Shown in pieces: positions 38,685 through 47,401 of a DNA stretch of 64,000 nt. The stretch is from a virus. Within the stretch, counting starts at the first letter, position 1; the number at the start of each line of letters is the position of its first letter. The position numbers and the translations under genes are program-made. The stretch lies in the IMG/VR virus record IMGVR_UViG_3300033120_000623, positions 8,012-72,011 of that record; one strand, given 5' to 3'. The notes beneath the pieces are model-generated. The model did no database searches. It was given only the letters and a program-made list of their open reading frames with translations, and was not told where the DNA came from.

Positions 38685-39036
38685 TTGCTTTCCTTAAGAA
38701 ACCGAAGCTAAGAACGTACCTGGTCCCAGCTTCAATCTTTGTCACCCGGTGCATGTTCTCATCAGGCCGGAAGAAGTAACATCTCCAACCACTCCAAGTA
38801 GGCGGGTAAATTGTTTGGCAAACTCCTCCAGCCTTGGCTCTCTTCAACGTAAAGTTAAAGCGCCAGTGGTTGTATCCCTCAAGAGTGCAAGGGTCTGTGT
38901 GCCAGTCCAGTGAAGAACCAGTAGGATACTTCAACAAATAAATATCAAACTTAAACCTGTCGGACTGGTACAAAAGAAGTTTGGAGTATCCAGTGTTTGC
39001 CCGGCCAAGTTCCCATTTAAATTGGAAGAGCCGCAT
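38677..39036 (-). CDS. Small 2OG-Fe(II) oxygenase-like protein
   Basis: Excellent RBS (AGAAGGAGA, 7 nt) before the internal Met start. HxD (WHTD), a distal His (MHRV) and RxS (RYVLS) have the spacing of the 2OG-oxygenase facial triad. Confidence 0.4.
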   Translation of the reverse strand: MRLFQFKWELGRANTGYSKLLLYQSDRFKFDIYLLKYPTGSSLDWHTDPCTLEGYNHWRFNFTLKRAKAGGVCQTIYPPTWSGWRCYFFRPDENMHRVTKIEAGTRYVLSFGFLRKANG

Positions 39037-39364
39037 GGTTGATCTCCTTCTCTTGAACGTCTCTAAGAGCCGCAAGGATTCTTTGCTTCGGTGTAGACTG
39101 TTGATACAATGGATTTTTCCCATCATTGATAGCCGCAGCAGCAAATAAATTCCTAGTTCGAGGAAGAATTTTATTGAGAGTATCTCCTTCTGCGGTGGTG
39201 ACGAAGTTTGAAGTATCAGAACCCCAACCACAGTGGCCTAGTGCGCACCTGCAAGTAGGGTCTACGTAATTAACGTAGTCGCCAGTGGCCCACTTCTCTT
39301 CGGGAATGGCTTCAAACTTAGTAATGAAATGTCCAACAGTGAACTTGCTTGGTTCTTCTGACAT
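39017..39364 (-). CDS. Hypothetical protein
   Basis: 115 aa. Confidence 0.4.
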   Translation of the reverse strand: MSEEPSKFTVGHFITKFEAIPEEKWATGDYVNYVDPTCRCALGHCGWGSDTSNFVTTAEGDTLNKILPRTRNLFAAAAINDGKNPLYQQSTPKQRILAALRDVQEKEINHAALPI

Positions 39365-39762
39365 TAGGTTCCTCCTTGTGGCACAGTGAAGGTCAAAGAC
39401 TCTTCAATAGTGGCCAAAATTCTGTTGCGATTTCCTTCGTAAACTTCTAAGGAAATTTCTTCTGCACCTTCTGGTATGCTATCGTACTGGGCACGTGCTG
39501 CTACAACGTAAAGGTTGGGATTACTCTCAAAGAATTGTTGCGCGATAAATTTACCGTGAGTGACTTCTTTAATTCTTAGGTAAATAGTTTGCTGGAAAGA
39601 TGTATCATCTTTGAAGAAGCTTCTACGTCTCACTTCACTGGTAATGATGTAACACTTGCCAACGTATACTTGCATCTCCATATCAAATTCGATAAAGTCA
39701 ATGTCCTTTAATTCTTTTTCGATGCGCTCTTTCTCTGCTAGTAGTTCTTCTCTACGGTTCAT
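39364..39762 (-). CDS. Hypothetical protein
   Basis: 132 aa. Confidence 0.45.
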   Translation of the reverse strand: MNRREELLAEKERIEKELKDIDFIEFDMEMQVYVGKCYIITSEVRRRSFFKDDTSFQQTIYLRIKEVTHGKFIAQQFFESNPNLYVVAARAQYDSIPEGAEEISLEVYEGNRNRILATIEESLTFTVPQGGT

Positions 39763-39953
39763 TTTACTTTACCTATTTCCTTTAAGTATCTTTTCTTATC
39801 TTTAGGAGACATGTCTTTCATCTTCATCGACTGCTCCGGAGTTAGGCCGTACTTGTTTCTCGGCTCTCTATTTCTGCCTCGATAACTGGTCCCGAGTGGG
39901 ACCATGCTTGTAGATGCCATTGCAAGAATGCTTGCTAGGAGTAGGGACTTCAT
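39759..39953 (-). CDS. Small secreted basic protein
   Basis: Signal-peptide-like N-terminus MKSLLLASILAMASTS. Confidence 0.4.
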   Translation of the reverse strand: MKSLLLASILAMASTSMVPLGTSYRGRNREPRNKYGLTPEQSMKMKDMSPKDKKRYLKEIGKVK

Positions 39954-40309
39954 GACGGCACCAAAGTTGGCCTGTAAGTATCTTCAAGGAAATCCGCGAT
40001 CCTGTTGAAAGACCAACCGTGATTATCATTTAAAGAGAAAAGAGACTTACCCGTTCTTCTAGCAATGTCTCCTTGAAGATTGAAGACCCAATCCTTGGCC
40101 CCATTTTCTGGATGAGGCATAATCCCCATAAGAAATCCCATCGCGTCTTTCTTGTAGTCGGGTGTTACCACGTCGCACATAACTCCCAAACAGCAGAAGC
40201 CGGATATGCTTTGTAACTGTGCTCTCGCCTGGGGATATTTGCCGCTGCGAAGGGCTGCTAGTACTCTGTTAAAATCTTCCAGTGGAATTTCAGCACCTAA
40301 TCGCATCAT
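39950..40309 (-). CDS. Hypothetical protein
   Basis: 119 aa. Confidence 0.4.
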   Translation of the reverse strand: MMRLGAEIPLEDFNRVLAALRSGKYPQARAQLQSISGFCCLGVMCDVVTPDYKKDAMGFLMGIMPHPENGAKDWVFNLQGDIARRTGKSLFSLNDNHGWSFNRIADFLEDTYRPTLVPS

Positions 40310-40686
40310 TGGGATTTCTTCTTTCTCTTAAGGAAAGGATTTTCCATACGGCTCTCAAGAGCGGAGTAAAAGTTATCAAAGGCTCTGTTGAATTTATCTC
40401 TTGGAATTTCCTTTCCGAGGACACTGATAACAGATTCATTGGGTTTAAAATCGAACCAGCCAAGGGAGCAAACTTGAAAAGAAGTTGTTAGAAGTCTTCC
40501 GTTCTCTACTCCATTGACACGTCGATAACTATTCCACTTCTCTCCGCCACCGTAAGAGTTCTCAAAGACGAAACATTTACCTATCAGAGCTTTGTTTTCA
40601 GCATCCTTTGCAGCGTTCTGGATGATCTCCAGTTCGCCGCGAAGATACCCAATTTCTTTTATGATTTGTTCTTCGCGGCTAGCCAT
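40306..40686 (-). CDS. Hypothetical protein
   Basis: 126 aa. Confidence 0.4.
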   Translation of the reverse strand: MASREEQIIKEIGYLRGELEIIQNAAKDAENKALIGKCFVFENSYGGGEKWNSYRRVNGVENGRLLTTSFQVCSLGWFDFKPNESVISVLGKEIPRDKFNRAFDNFYSALESRMENPFLKRKKKSQ

Positions 40687-41087
40687 TACTTAGCCTTACA
40701 CTGAACGTCTGGAGGACAGTTGCGCGGGACACCTTTGTCATCGCAATAACACTCTTTAGAAATAGGACCCGTGCTGTGACTAGGTCGAGTAAGCAAGTAC
40801 ATTGCTCCAGCTCCCATCATCATGCTGCCAACACTTAAGCCGCCACTGCTTGGACGAATAACATTTACCACCGTAGAAGGACGTGGCACTGGCTTTGGAG
40901 CCACGTAAGCAGGCTTCGGTGCGCTGTACGTTGTGCTAGGTTTGTAGCTGTAGCTTGATCGGCTGCTGCTCCAAGATCTACTAATACTTGGACGACTGAA
41001 GCTGCGGCTAAAGCCACGGCTTCCGTATCCAGCGAAAGAATCAAAGCCAATCGTCAACACGAATAACAATAAAATAATCTGTTTCAT
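40686..41087 (-). CDS. Secreted Ser/Arg/Pro-rich low-complexity protein with C-terminal hydrophobic segment and Cys motif
   Basis: An internal Met start gives an ATGA junction with the upstream gene. Signal peptide MKQIILLLFVLTIGF. SRSFSRPSISRSWSSSRSS repeats. C-terminal CYCDD...C..C. Confidence 0.45.
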   Translation of the reverse strand: MKQIILLLFVLTIGFDSFAGYGSRGFSRSFSRPSISRSWSSSRSSYSYKPSTTYSAPKPAYVAPKPVPRPSTVVNVIRPSSGGLSVGSMMMGAGAMYLLTRPSHSTGPISKECYCDDKGVPRNCPPDVQCKAK

Positions 41088-41434
41088 AGGTTCCCCTTTT
41101 CTTTCCAATGCTTCCACTCATCACGGCTGGATTCTTTAAAGTACTCAAGGTACTTCCGCTCAAATTTATTCGAGACAGACAAGAGCTTCGCGAACCACTC
41201 TTCGTAGAGTTCGTCATCGGTACTAGGTTTTGTTTTGGTTAAATAATCATCGACCACTTGTTGTGGCGAAGGAGTGTCTTTGGCCGAGACGCGGTAGCGA
41301 AAGGTGGAATAGTATTCCACTCCTGCCAACGTGTACTCAAGGTTCAACACTAAGGACTTTTTGATACGCCCGAATTCCGCTTCACCGCGAGCTATGTCGT
41401 GGATGACGAATCGTTTGCCTGTTCCATTTTCCAT
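41084..41434 (-). CDS. Hypothetical protein
   Basis: 116 aa. Confidence 0.4.
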   Translation of the reverse strand: MENGTGKRFVIHDIARGEAEFGRIKKSLVLNLEYTLAGVEYYSTFRYRVSAKDTPSPQQVVDDYLTKTKPSTDDELYEEWFAKLLSVSNKFERKYLEYFKESSRDEWKHWKEKGNL

Positions 41435-41650
41435 TTAATATCTTCCCCGATATTATTTGTAATCTCTGCCGATAGCTCGAACCAAAGCCAATAAACTTTA
41501 AACGATCCCGGAGCTTTTGTTGCATCCGGGAACGAAAAGAAAATCTTTGTGTAATAAGAAAGGCTAATTGAGATCTTTTTCACGGCAGAGATGTAATCTA
41601 ATTTACTGCGAATTAATAATTACATTCCTCTGTTTGAAAGAATTACCTAC

Positions 41651-41899
41651 CTATGCGTGTTTAACTTTATCCACAATCTCGTACAACAGACTTAAAGACC
41701 TTCTAGTTATCACAGCCTCATACTTATTGCCGCTTTCATCCACCAGAAGGAATCCAACAACTGGATCAACGTGGCAGGATTGCGGGTCAACCACTAGTAC
41801 CGAGTCGAGAATAAGAGTCTTACAACCCTCGCTAAACTTCTCAGCGTCTGGAACATTGATACTACAGATCTTAATAGCTGGTACTCCTGGATCAGCCAT
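41651..41899 (-). CDS. Small hypothetical protein, possible beta-barrel partner of the SPFH protein
   Basis: 82 aa, immediately downstream of the SPFH gene. Confidence 0.35.
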   Translation of the reverse strand: MADPGVPAIKICSINVPDAEKFSEGCKTLILDSVLVVDPQSCHVDPVVGFLLVDESGNKYEAVITRRSLSLLYEIVDKVKHA

Positions 41900-42669
41900 T
41901 ACTGGCCGCCGATAGCTTTAAAGTTAATCATCGGAGTAGAGTTGCCAAACATGTACTGAGGAAGCTTACCGTCCCATTTCTGTGCCAGCTCAAATTCCAC
42001 AAGGCCTTTGTTCTGTGCAAGAGCAGCAGATTTAATTCTCATCGCTTCAGCTTGTGCTGTTGCCGTCATAACAGTTTGAGCTGCAACTTCTTTCACACGC
42101 ACAGTTTCGTTCTTTGCTTTCTGTGCTTGTTGGATCGCTACCACTTTCTCTTCTACCGCACGTTCATAGTTGTCGTCGAAATCAATATCAGTGAATTGTA
42201 AATCAGAGATCTTGATGTGACGCGATTCTAAGTTCCTTCGGATAGTATCTAGAGCAGATTGGGTCGCCGATTCCCGTTTTGAAATTAGATCGTCCGCGAT
42301 AATTTGCCCAATAGCGTCTTTGACAGAACCTAGAACCACGGGACGCAGAATCTTGTCCTCGATTTGGTCTTGGTTTCCGATATCTTTGAACAGGTTTCCC
42401 ACGTGGCCCGGTTCGATACTCCATATCACTGCAAATTCGACATCTGTTCTTTGCGTGTCCTTTGTGAAGATAGAAGTCTTCCCGGCATACTTTTCCTCCT
42501 TCACAGACATCTGGATAATGCTTGTCTTGATCGGATTGTAGAAATAGAGGCCCTCCTTTTTAGGTTCGCCAGTAACTTCTTTCCACTGAACTTCGATGCC
42601 ACGATGACCTGTGTCTACTTGAGTACACGCGACCATTGCTAATAGTACGATTGCTAATAATGCTTTCAT
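41899..42669 (-). CDS. SPFH/band-7 (stomatin/prohibitin/HflK-C-like) lipoprotein
   Basis: Signal and lipobox MKALLAIVLLAMVA-C. An Ala/Gln/Glu-rich coiled coil follows a beta-rich domain, as in SPFH proteins. Confidence 0.55.
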   Translation of the reverse strand: MKALLAIVLLAMVACTQVDTGHRGIEVQWKEVTGEPKKEGLYFYNPIKTSIIQMSVKEEKYAGKTSIFTKDTQRTDVEFAVIWSIEPGHVGNLFKDIGNQDQIEDKILRPVVLGSVKDAIGQIIADDLISKRESATQSALDTIRRNLESRHIKISDLQFTDIDFDDNYERAVEEKVVAIQQAQKAKNETVRVKEVAAQTVMTATAQAEAMRIKSAALAQNKGLVEFELAQKWDGKLPQYMFGNSTPMINFKAIGGQ

Positions 42670-42677
42670 GTTTTCCC

Positions 42678-42938
42678 CTAATCCCATTTTGCTACGGTGT
42701 ATTTTTTAGCTCCGGGTGTTCCCGGAACAACTTGTTTCATACTGAATGAAGCCTTCTTCTTGTTCTTCGGTGGCAGTCTCACCCAGTATTGATATTGAAG
42801 ATCCGCTTGCTTGTACGTGCCTTTACCTGACCACTCTTCGCCGTAAGCTTCATTAAAAGTCTTCGCGTCAACGTGGCCAACACAAAGTACATGTGTCGGA
42901 CCTCCAAAGCCTTCCAAAGTAATTGTCTTCTTTGCCAT
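42678..42938 (-). CDS. Hypothetical protein
   Basis: 86 aa. Confidence 0.4.
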   Translation of the reverse strand: MAKKTITLEGFGGPTHVLCVGHVDAKTFNEAYGEEWSGKGTYKQADLQYQYWVRLPPKNKKKASFSMKQVVPGTPGAKKYTVAKWD

Positions 42939-43144
42939 TATCTGAACTCCGGTGTCTGCTTGTTGCTTGGTTTAACTTGTGTTTGCACCATTGGTTGAGC
43001 GGCCTTAGTGACCGCCTTTGCAAACTGCTTCTTGAAATCTTCCTCGGTCATCTTGTTACCTTTTGAATCGGTAAAAGAAACCCGGTTAATTCCTACGGTT
43101 CCGCCGTTACTAGGCTTGCTTCCGCTTTCCATACTAGTACCCAC
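42938..43144 (-). CDS. Hypothetical small protein
   Basis: 68 aa. Confidence 0.35.
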   Translation of the reverse strand: MGTSMESGSKPSNGGTVGINRVSFTDSKGNKMTEEDFKKQFAKAVTKAAQPMVQTQVKPSNKQTPEFR

Positions 43145-43617
43145 CCCATTTTTACAATGATGTCTTCAAGCGTGAAAAGAGAATCGTAAGGGAACGACAT
43201 CGTGCTCTTCTCAATGTCTTTCACAAACTGTTCTTTCTCCGCATCTGTCATGTTGGTTTCAAAATCAACGTTGCCACTGAACTCTTGAATGTTAATCAAG
43301 TGGCCAGTTGGTCCTGCCAATAGTTTCGATCCCTCGTGGCGTCTAAGAGGGTCAAGAGTCCACGTAGCAAAATTGTTAATAGCTTCTTCCGAGAACTCTT
43401 CTTTTACGTCTTGCAACGCAATCTCGAAATCGTGATCGTAATCTTCTGGGCGATCCGCCAAGAAGCATCTAGCGACCACTGCGCACTTCTGCTCCAACGT
43501 TAAAGGAATAACAAACTCAGTTGGCATTCCGTCGATGGAATCTACTTGCACCTCTCGCACATCATCAACCTGCGGAAGGGGAGGAGTTGCCTCCAACGTG
43601 CTCTCAGTATCAATCAC
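43093..43617 (-). CDS. Hypothetical acidic protein
   Basis: 174 aa. Confidence 0.4.
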   Translation of the reverse strand: MIDTESTLEATPPLPQVDDVREVQVDSIDGMPTEFVIPLTLEQKCAVVARCFLADRPEDYDHDFEIALQDVKEEFSEEAINNFATWTLDPLRRHEGSKLLAGPTGHLINIQEFSGNVDFETNMTDAEKEQFVKDIEKSTMSFPYDSLFTLEDIIVKMGWVLVWKAEASLVTAEP

Positions 43618-43928
43618 CTGAACCTCCTAAAATAATTACTTAGCCGAGTCTTAACGGCTAGTTTCCAATTCCAAATATCGTTAATCTTCACACCATACTC
43701 TTTGGCAATTCTGCGAAGTTCCCACATCACTTGTTTGCGTCTTCGCTTGTCTTCCCTTCCCCAGGGTTCTGACTCTGCCCAAAGACGAAACTTGTCTCGC
43801 ACATAAAGTTCTAACGGGGACCATTCCTCGTCGTTAAATCTCCAGTATCTAAGTTTTGGGATTCTATACCTTCTCATTGTTCCAATATTCCAGTGCTTCA
43901 AAGTGTCCTTCTCTCCAGGTCTTAGCAC
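43614..43928 (-). CDS. Hypothetical basic protein
   Basis: 104 aa. Confidence 0.4.
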   Translation of the reverse strand: MLRPGEKDTLKHWNIGTMRRYRIPKLRYWRFNDEEWSPLELYVRDKFRLWAESEPWGREDKRRRKQVMWELRRIAKEYGVKINDIWNWKLAVKTRLSNYFRRFR

Positions 43929-44079
43929 TGTGTCTAAAGCCTGTTGAGATCTTCTCCTTGATCTTGTTCGGAAGTCCCAGCCAGTGCATCTTGCAAGCGT
44001 ACATGTTTCTCGGCTTAACAGTTTCGCACAGTGGGTGCGGGCATTGGCCGAAAGACTTAGTCTCCGTTTCCTTGTTCAT
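43864..44079 (-). CDS. Small Cys/His zinc-finger-like protein
   Basis: CPHPLC...YACKMH. Confidence 0.35.
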   Translation of the reverse strand: MNKETETKSFGQCPHPLCETVKPRNMYACKMHWLGLPNKIKEKISTGFRHSAKTWREGHFEALEYWNNEKV

Positions 44080-44386
44080 AATACTCCCCGAAGTATTCTT
44101 CTAAATATTCTTCCCAATACCCCATCAGCTTACATGTTTCAGGAAATTGAATACGGGGAATCTGGAAAAGTACCAGTGAAACCCATTTGAATTTCTCATA
44201 CGTATTTTCCCTTTTATAAGATTCGATGAAGGATAAATAATCCGCCACCTTATCTACTTTCCCGGCAACTGGTGAAGGCTTAATAAATCCCTGCACCTTG
44301 TAGCACTCTTCTAGTGTTATCGGTTGTTCATCTACCAATATCAGCAGAGGCAACTCTATTCCCTGTAACTTAATCTCCGTTGCCAT
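44057..44386 (-). CDS. Hypothetical protein
   Basis: 109 aa. Confidence 0.4.
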   Translation of the reverse strand: MATEIKLQGIELPLLILVDEQPITLEECYKVQGFIKPSPVAGKVDKVADYLSFIESYKRENTYEKFKWVSLVLFQIPRIQFPETCKLMGYWEEYLEEYFGEYYEQGNGD

Positions 44387-44654
44387 GGCAGTAGTACCCT
44401 TCTTCAGCGTTCAAAATATCCACTACCCCGTAGCTCTTACACACTTCTAGGAAGGACATTTCCCAGTTCTTGTTGGTTCCGTAAACCCACTTGATGTGGA
44501 AGTATCTCATCTTCCTTTGGTGGTATCTTCCCGCCGGAGTGTGGAGCCACGTTTCTCTTTCAATCATCCGGTGGTACATGTTCACGATGTTGCCAGCAAC
44601 AATAGATCCCGCAGTTAGCGAAGTTTTATCTGCGCCTTCAACTGCGTGATCCAC
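44370..44654 (-). CDS. Hypothetical protein
   Basis: 94 aa. Confidence 0.4.
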   Translation of the reverse strand: MDHAVEGADKTSLTAGSIVAGNIVNMYHRMIERETWLHTPAGRYHQRKMRYFHIKWVYGTNKNWEMSFLEVCKSYGVVDILNAEEGYYCHGNGD

Positions 44655-45052
44655 TCCAAAATAGGCTTCGGGAACGGTACTACTTTTACTCTTTTCGATA
44701 TGTCCCTCATCATCCTAGCACCCTGAAGGTACTCAATTTTCTTTGCGGGCCTCGTTCCTATCACATGTCGTCTGTCGAACAAGTTAGTAACTCTGTCATG
44801 GTCACTTTTACAAAGCGGAATATAATTATCTTCCTTCCAGAATAAATTGATGTCCCCTTTATGTGGTTCCAAGTGATCCACCACAGTGGCAAAATTCTCA
44901 CACATATAGCAGGTATTATTTATAGAGAGGAAAAGAGTTCTGTACTCAGTCCAGTGACTGTCATACAGCTTGTCGCTCTCCGTTCTTTCATTGAATACAT
45001 GCTTTGCTTTCACAGACTTGTGATACGGGCGATATTGCTTTGGCTTTTCCAT
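44615..45052 (-). CDS. HNH endonuclease
   Basis: CYMC...DHLEPH...NYIPLCKSDHDRVT motif. Start coupled to the helicase stop. Confidence 0.65.
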   Translation of the reverse strand: MEKPKQYRPYHKSVKAKHVFNERTESDKLYDSHWTEYRTLFLSINNTCYMCENFATVVDHLEPHKGDINLFWKEDNYIPLCKSDHDRVTNLFDRRHVIGTRPAKKIEYLQGARMMRDISKRVKVVPFPKPILEWITQLKAQIKLR

Positions 45053-46341
45053 TAGGTCACCTTGGCAATCGTCGCACGTTTATCGTCAAGCATGTCGGCG
45101 ATCTTCATGTCTTGCGGGCTTCCAAATATTCTGTGCATCGTGCAAGTTTTAGTTTGTCCGATACGACGAATACGTCCACCCACTTGATCTAGTTTCCCCG
45201 GAACCCATGGCTCGTCGTTCATGATAATGTCGCTGGCTCTGGTCATATTAAGTCCCGTCGACAGTGCCCCGATTGTCGCGGATAATACTCTTCCTTTGCC
45301 AGACTGGAACTTGCGAGCGTGTTCGCCGCGAATCTTGCCAGATACTTTCCCGGTTAGTCCCAACACTCCGAAGTGCTCCGCGATCAGGTTGCAACTTTCT
45401 ACTTGATCGGAATAAATCAGCACGCAATCAACTTCGTTAAGAAGGCGTTCCGCGTACTTGATAGTAAACGGAACCTTCTCAATAGCTGACTCTCTTTTTC
45501 GGCGAGAGTTCATCGCGCCGTATTCTTCGTCTTCAATGTAGTGTTTTGCAAGTCGCTTGAATTCAGCGGCCAACTCTTTATCCGGGCTCTCAGACATTAG
45601 AATGTCCTTGTACACCATTGGTTCAAGGTCTTCTACGTCGTCGAACTTAACGCGGAAATAAAGCGGCTTGAGATATTTTTTAAGCTCCTTCACATTTCGG
45701 AATCCGGTCCACTTAACAATCGTAACTCGTCTACCGCCCCGTTCAATTTGGTACTCTTGTCTCCAAGAGAAATAATCCGCAAACGTTGTACTGTCTGGGA
45801 AGCGATCTAGGAAGTCGGACTTGATGTCCGGGTTGTAGTAGCAAAGAGCCATCAAAGAATAATACTCTTCGACGCGGTTTTGGATTGGTGTTCCAGTTAA
45901 CAGTGTCAGGCGCGGGATGCTGTTTTCATAAGTAACCTTGTGATAGTACTCGGTGCGTGCAGCAGACATTCCCTTAAGCTCGTGGGCCTCATCAATGATC
46001 AAGGAATCACACCACTCAAAGAAAAATTCCGACTGCTTCCCTAGGTCAAAAGAAATGATACAAATGTCGGTATCCCACACATCGTAGATGCTGGCACCTT
46101 TATCGAAAACAGATACGATGAACTTGTCACCGTACCATTTAAAAACTTCTAGCTTCCAATTAAGGAGAAGAGAGGAGGGGCAAACTATAGTAAGCTTGCC
46201 GCCTCCAGATTTTTGCCAAGCACGAAGGGCCGTGTACGATTTGCCGAGTCCCATATCCATTGCAAGGATACAGTAAGGATGCTTCACAGCAAACCTAGCT
46301 CCGTCTTTCTGATATGATTTCGCAATCGCTTTTGCACCCAT
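45052..46341 (-). CDS. SNF2-family helicase (compact, 429 aa)
   Basis: Motif I MDMGLGKS, motif II DEAHELKG, SNF2-type motif III LLTGTPIQN, motif VI QVGGRIRRIGQ. Confidence 0.75.
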   Translation of the reverse strand: MGAKAIAKSYQKDGARFAVKHPYCILAMDMGLGKSYTALRAWQKSGGGKLTIVCPSSLLLNWKLEVFKWYGDKFIVSVFDKGASIYDVWDTDICIISFDLGKQSEFFFEWCDSLIIDEAHELKGMSAARTEYYHKVTYENSIPRLTLLTGTPIQNRVEEYYSLMALCYYNPDIKSDFLDRFPDSTTFADYFSWRQEYQIERGGRRVTIVKWTGFRNVKELKKYLKPLYFRVKFDDVEDLEPMVYKDILMSESPDKELAAEFKRLAKHYIEDEEYGAMNSRRKRESAIEKVPFTIKYAERLLNEVDCVLIYSDQVESCNLIAEHFGVLGLTGKVSGKIRGEHARKFQSGKGRVLSATIGALSTGLNMTRASDIIMNDEPWVPGKLDQVGGRIRRIGQTKTCTMHRIFGSPQDMKIADMLDDKRATIAKVT

Positions 46342-46357
46342 GCTTGTTCTCCAATTA

Positions 46358-47194
46358 CTACTCTAGGAATTCAAGGAAAGATTCACGGAAAGAGTCTAGT
46401 ACGTGACCTTCGTTATCCAAGAAATCTTCGCCGTTCATAGCTGCTGAAGCTTTAACACTTTTCGCAACTAGCTTTTTCTTACTGCGCCATTTAGGGAACT
46501 GTTCGTCGATCATTTCACCAACAAGAGTTTTGTGAATGTCTTTGCGGCGGTCGTAAGTGGTAGCTTTGCTGCGGCCCTTTTTCTTGCCGTCAGTAGTTTT
46601 ACCAGAGGCCTTCTTGTCGCCACCTTTCGAGGAGGCCTTGGCTGATTTGCCTTTGCCTTTCTTTGGGGCTACTTCTTCCTCTTCATCTTCTTCGTCCTCT
46701 TCTTCCTCTTCCTCTTCAGAATCCTCGTCACCATCAGAATCGTCTTCAGACTCTTCGTCTTCTTCCTCTTCTTCGTCGTCCTCGTCTTCTTCATCATCTT
46801 CTACTTTTTTAGATTTCTTTTTGGCTTTCTTTTTCTTAGGAGCTTCTTCCTCTTCTTCGTCTTCATCATCTTCGTCTACTTCTGCGGCCTTACGAGACTT
46901 TGCTTTTTTAGAAGTAGTTTCTTCCTTGTCGTTGGCCATGTATTCGCCAAGGTTGGCTTCAACGATGCCGCGAAGATAGCCAATTGCTTCTTCTTCACTA
47001 GCACCTACAGCAATTTCGCCCACGATAGAAAGATCTTCGTGCTCGTAGTTGCCCAGGTTGCGACGTTTACTAAACGTGATTGATTTAACAGTAACCAGTG
47101 GAGCCGTAGCCGCCGCTGATTTACTTTTTTGCTTTTTTACTTTTGCTTTTGCCATGTTTCTTCTTACCTTTTTCTTTGAGTTGTTGTGTTTCAC
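46358..47194 (-). CDS. Lys-rich / poly-Asp-Glu low-complexity protein (nucleoplasmin-like or DNA-mimic-like)
   Basis: 278 aa. N-terminus MAKAKVKKQK. Two long D/E tracts separated by K-rich segments. Confidence 0.55.
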   Translation of the reverse strand: MKHNNSKKKVRRNMAKAKVKKQKSKSAAATAPLVTVKSITFSKRRNLGNYEHEDLSIVGEIAVGASEEEAIGYLRGIVEANLGEYMANDKEETTSKKAKSRKAAEVDEDDEDEEEEEAPKKKKAKKKSKKVEDDEEDEDDEEEEEDEESEDDSDGDEDSEEEEEEEDEEDEEEEVAPKKGKGKSAKASSKGGDKKASGKTTDGKKKGRSKATTYDRRKDIHKTLVGEMIDEQFPKWRSKKKLVAKSVKASAAMNGEDFLDNEGHVLDSFRESFLEFLE

Positions 47195-47393
47195 TTCTTA
47201 TTGTTGCGCCCAGTTCGGAAAACCACTTTGAAATCTTATCGCAGTCGTCCGCTGTTACCGCACCAGAGGCCTCTTCCCCGCCGTCGCATAGTCTAATGCT
47301 GGCAGTTCTGTAGTCCTCATCCTTTTCGTAATCGTCGTTCGTCACGCTCAATCTAATGTCGTGGCGAACCGGATTAAGTTCTAGGCTCTTCAT
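47121..47393 (-). CDS. Hypothetical protein with K-rich tail
   Basis: 90 aa; overlaps the downstream gene. Confidence 0.35.
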   Translation of the reverse strand: MKSLELNPVRHDIRLSVTNDDYEKDEDYRTASIRLCDGGEEASGAVTADDCDKISKWFSELGATIRSETQQLKEKGKKKHGKSKSKKAKK

Positions 47394-47401
47394 GTTTTCT
47401 C

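Noticed and set aside
41392-41583. 63-aa minus-strand ORF in the 215-bp gap of the leftward array
   Set aside because: It overlaps the upstream gene by 43 nt and covers a hairpin and T-run region. It is more likely regulatory DNA and is kept only as a note.
46557-46979. Poly-Ser ORFs (46557..46979 + and 48576..49010 +) antisense to the acidic genes
   Set aside because: They are mirror images of the GAA/GAC-rich coding repeats on the other strand. They carry no RBS and are low-complexity artefacts.
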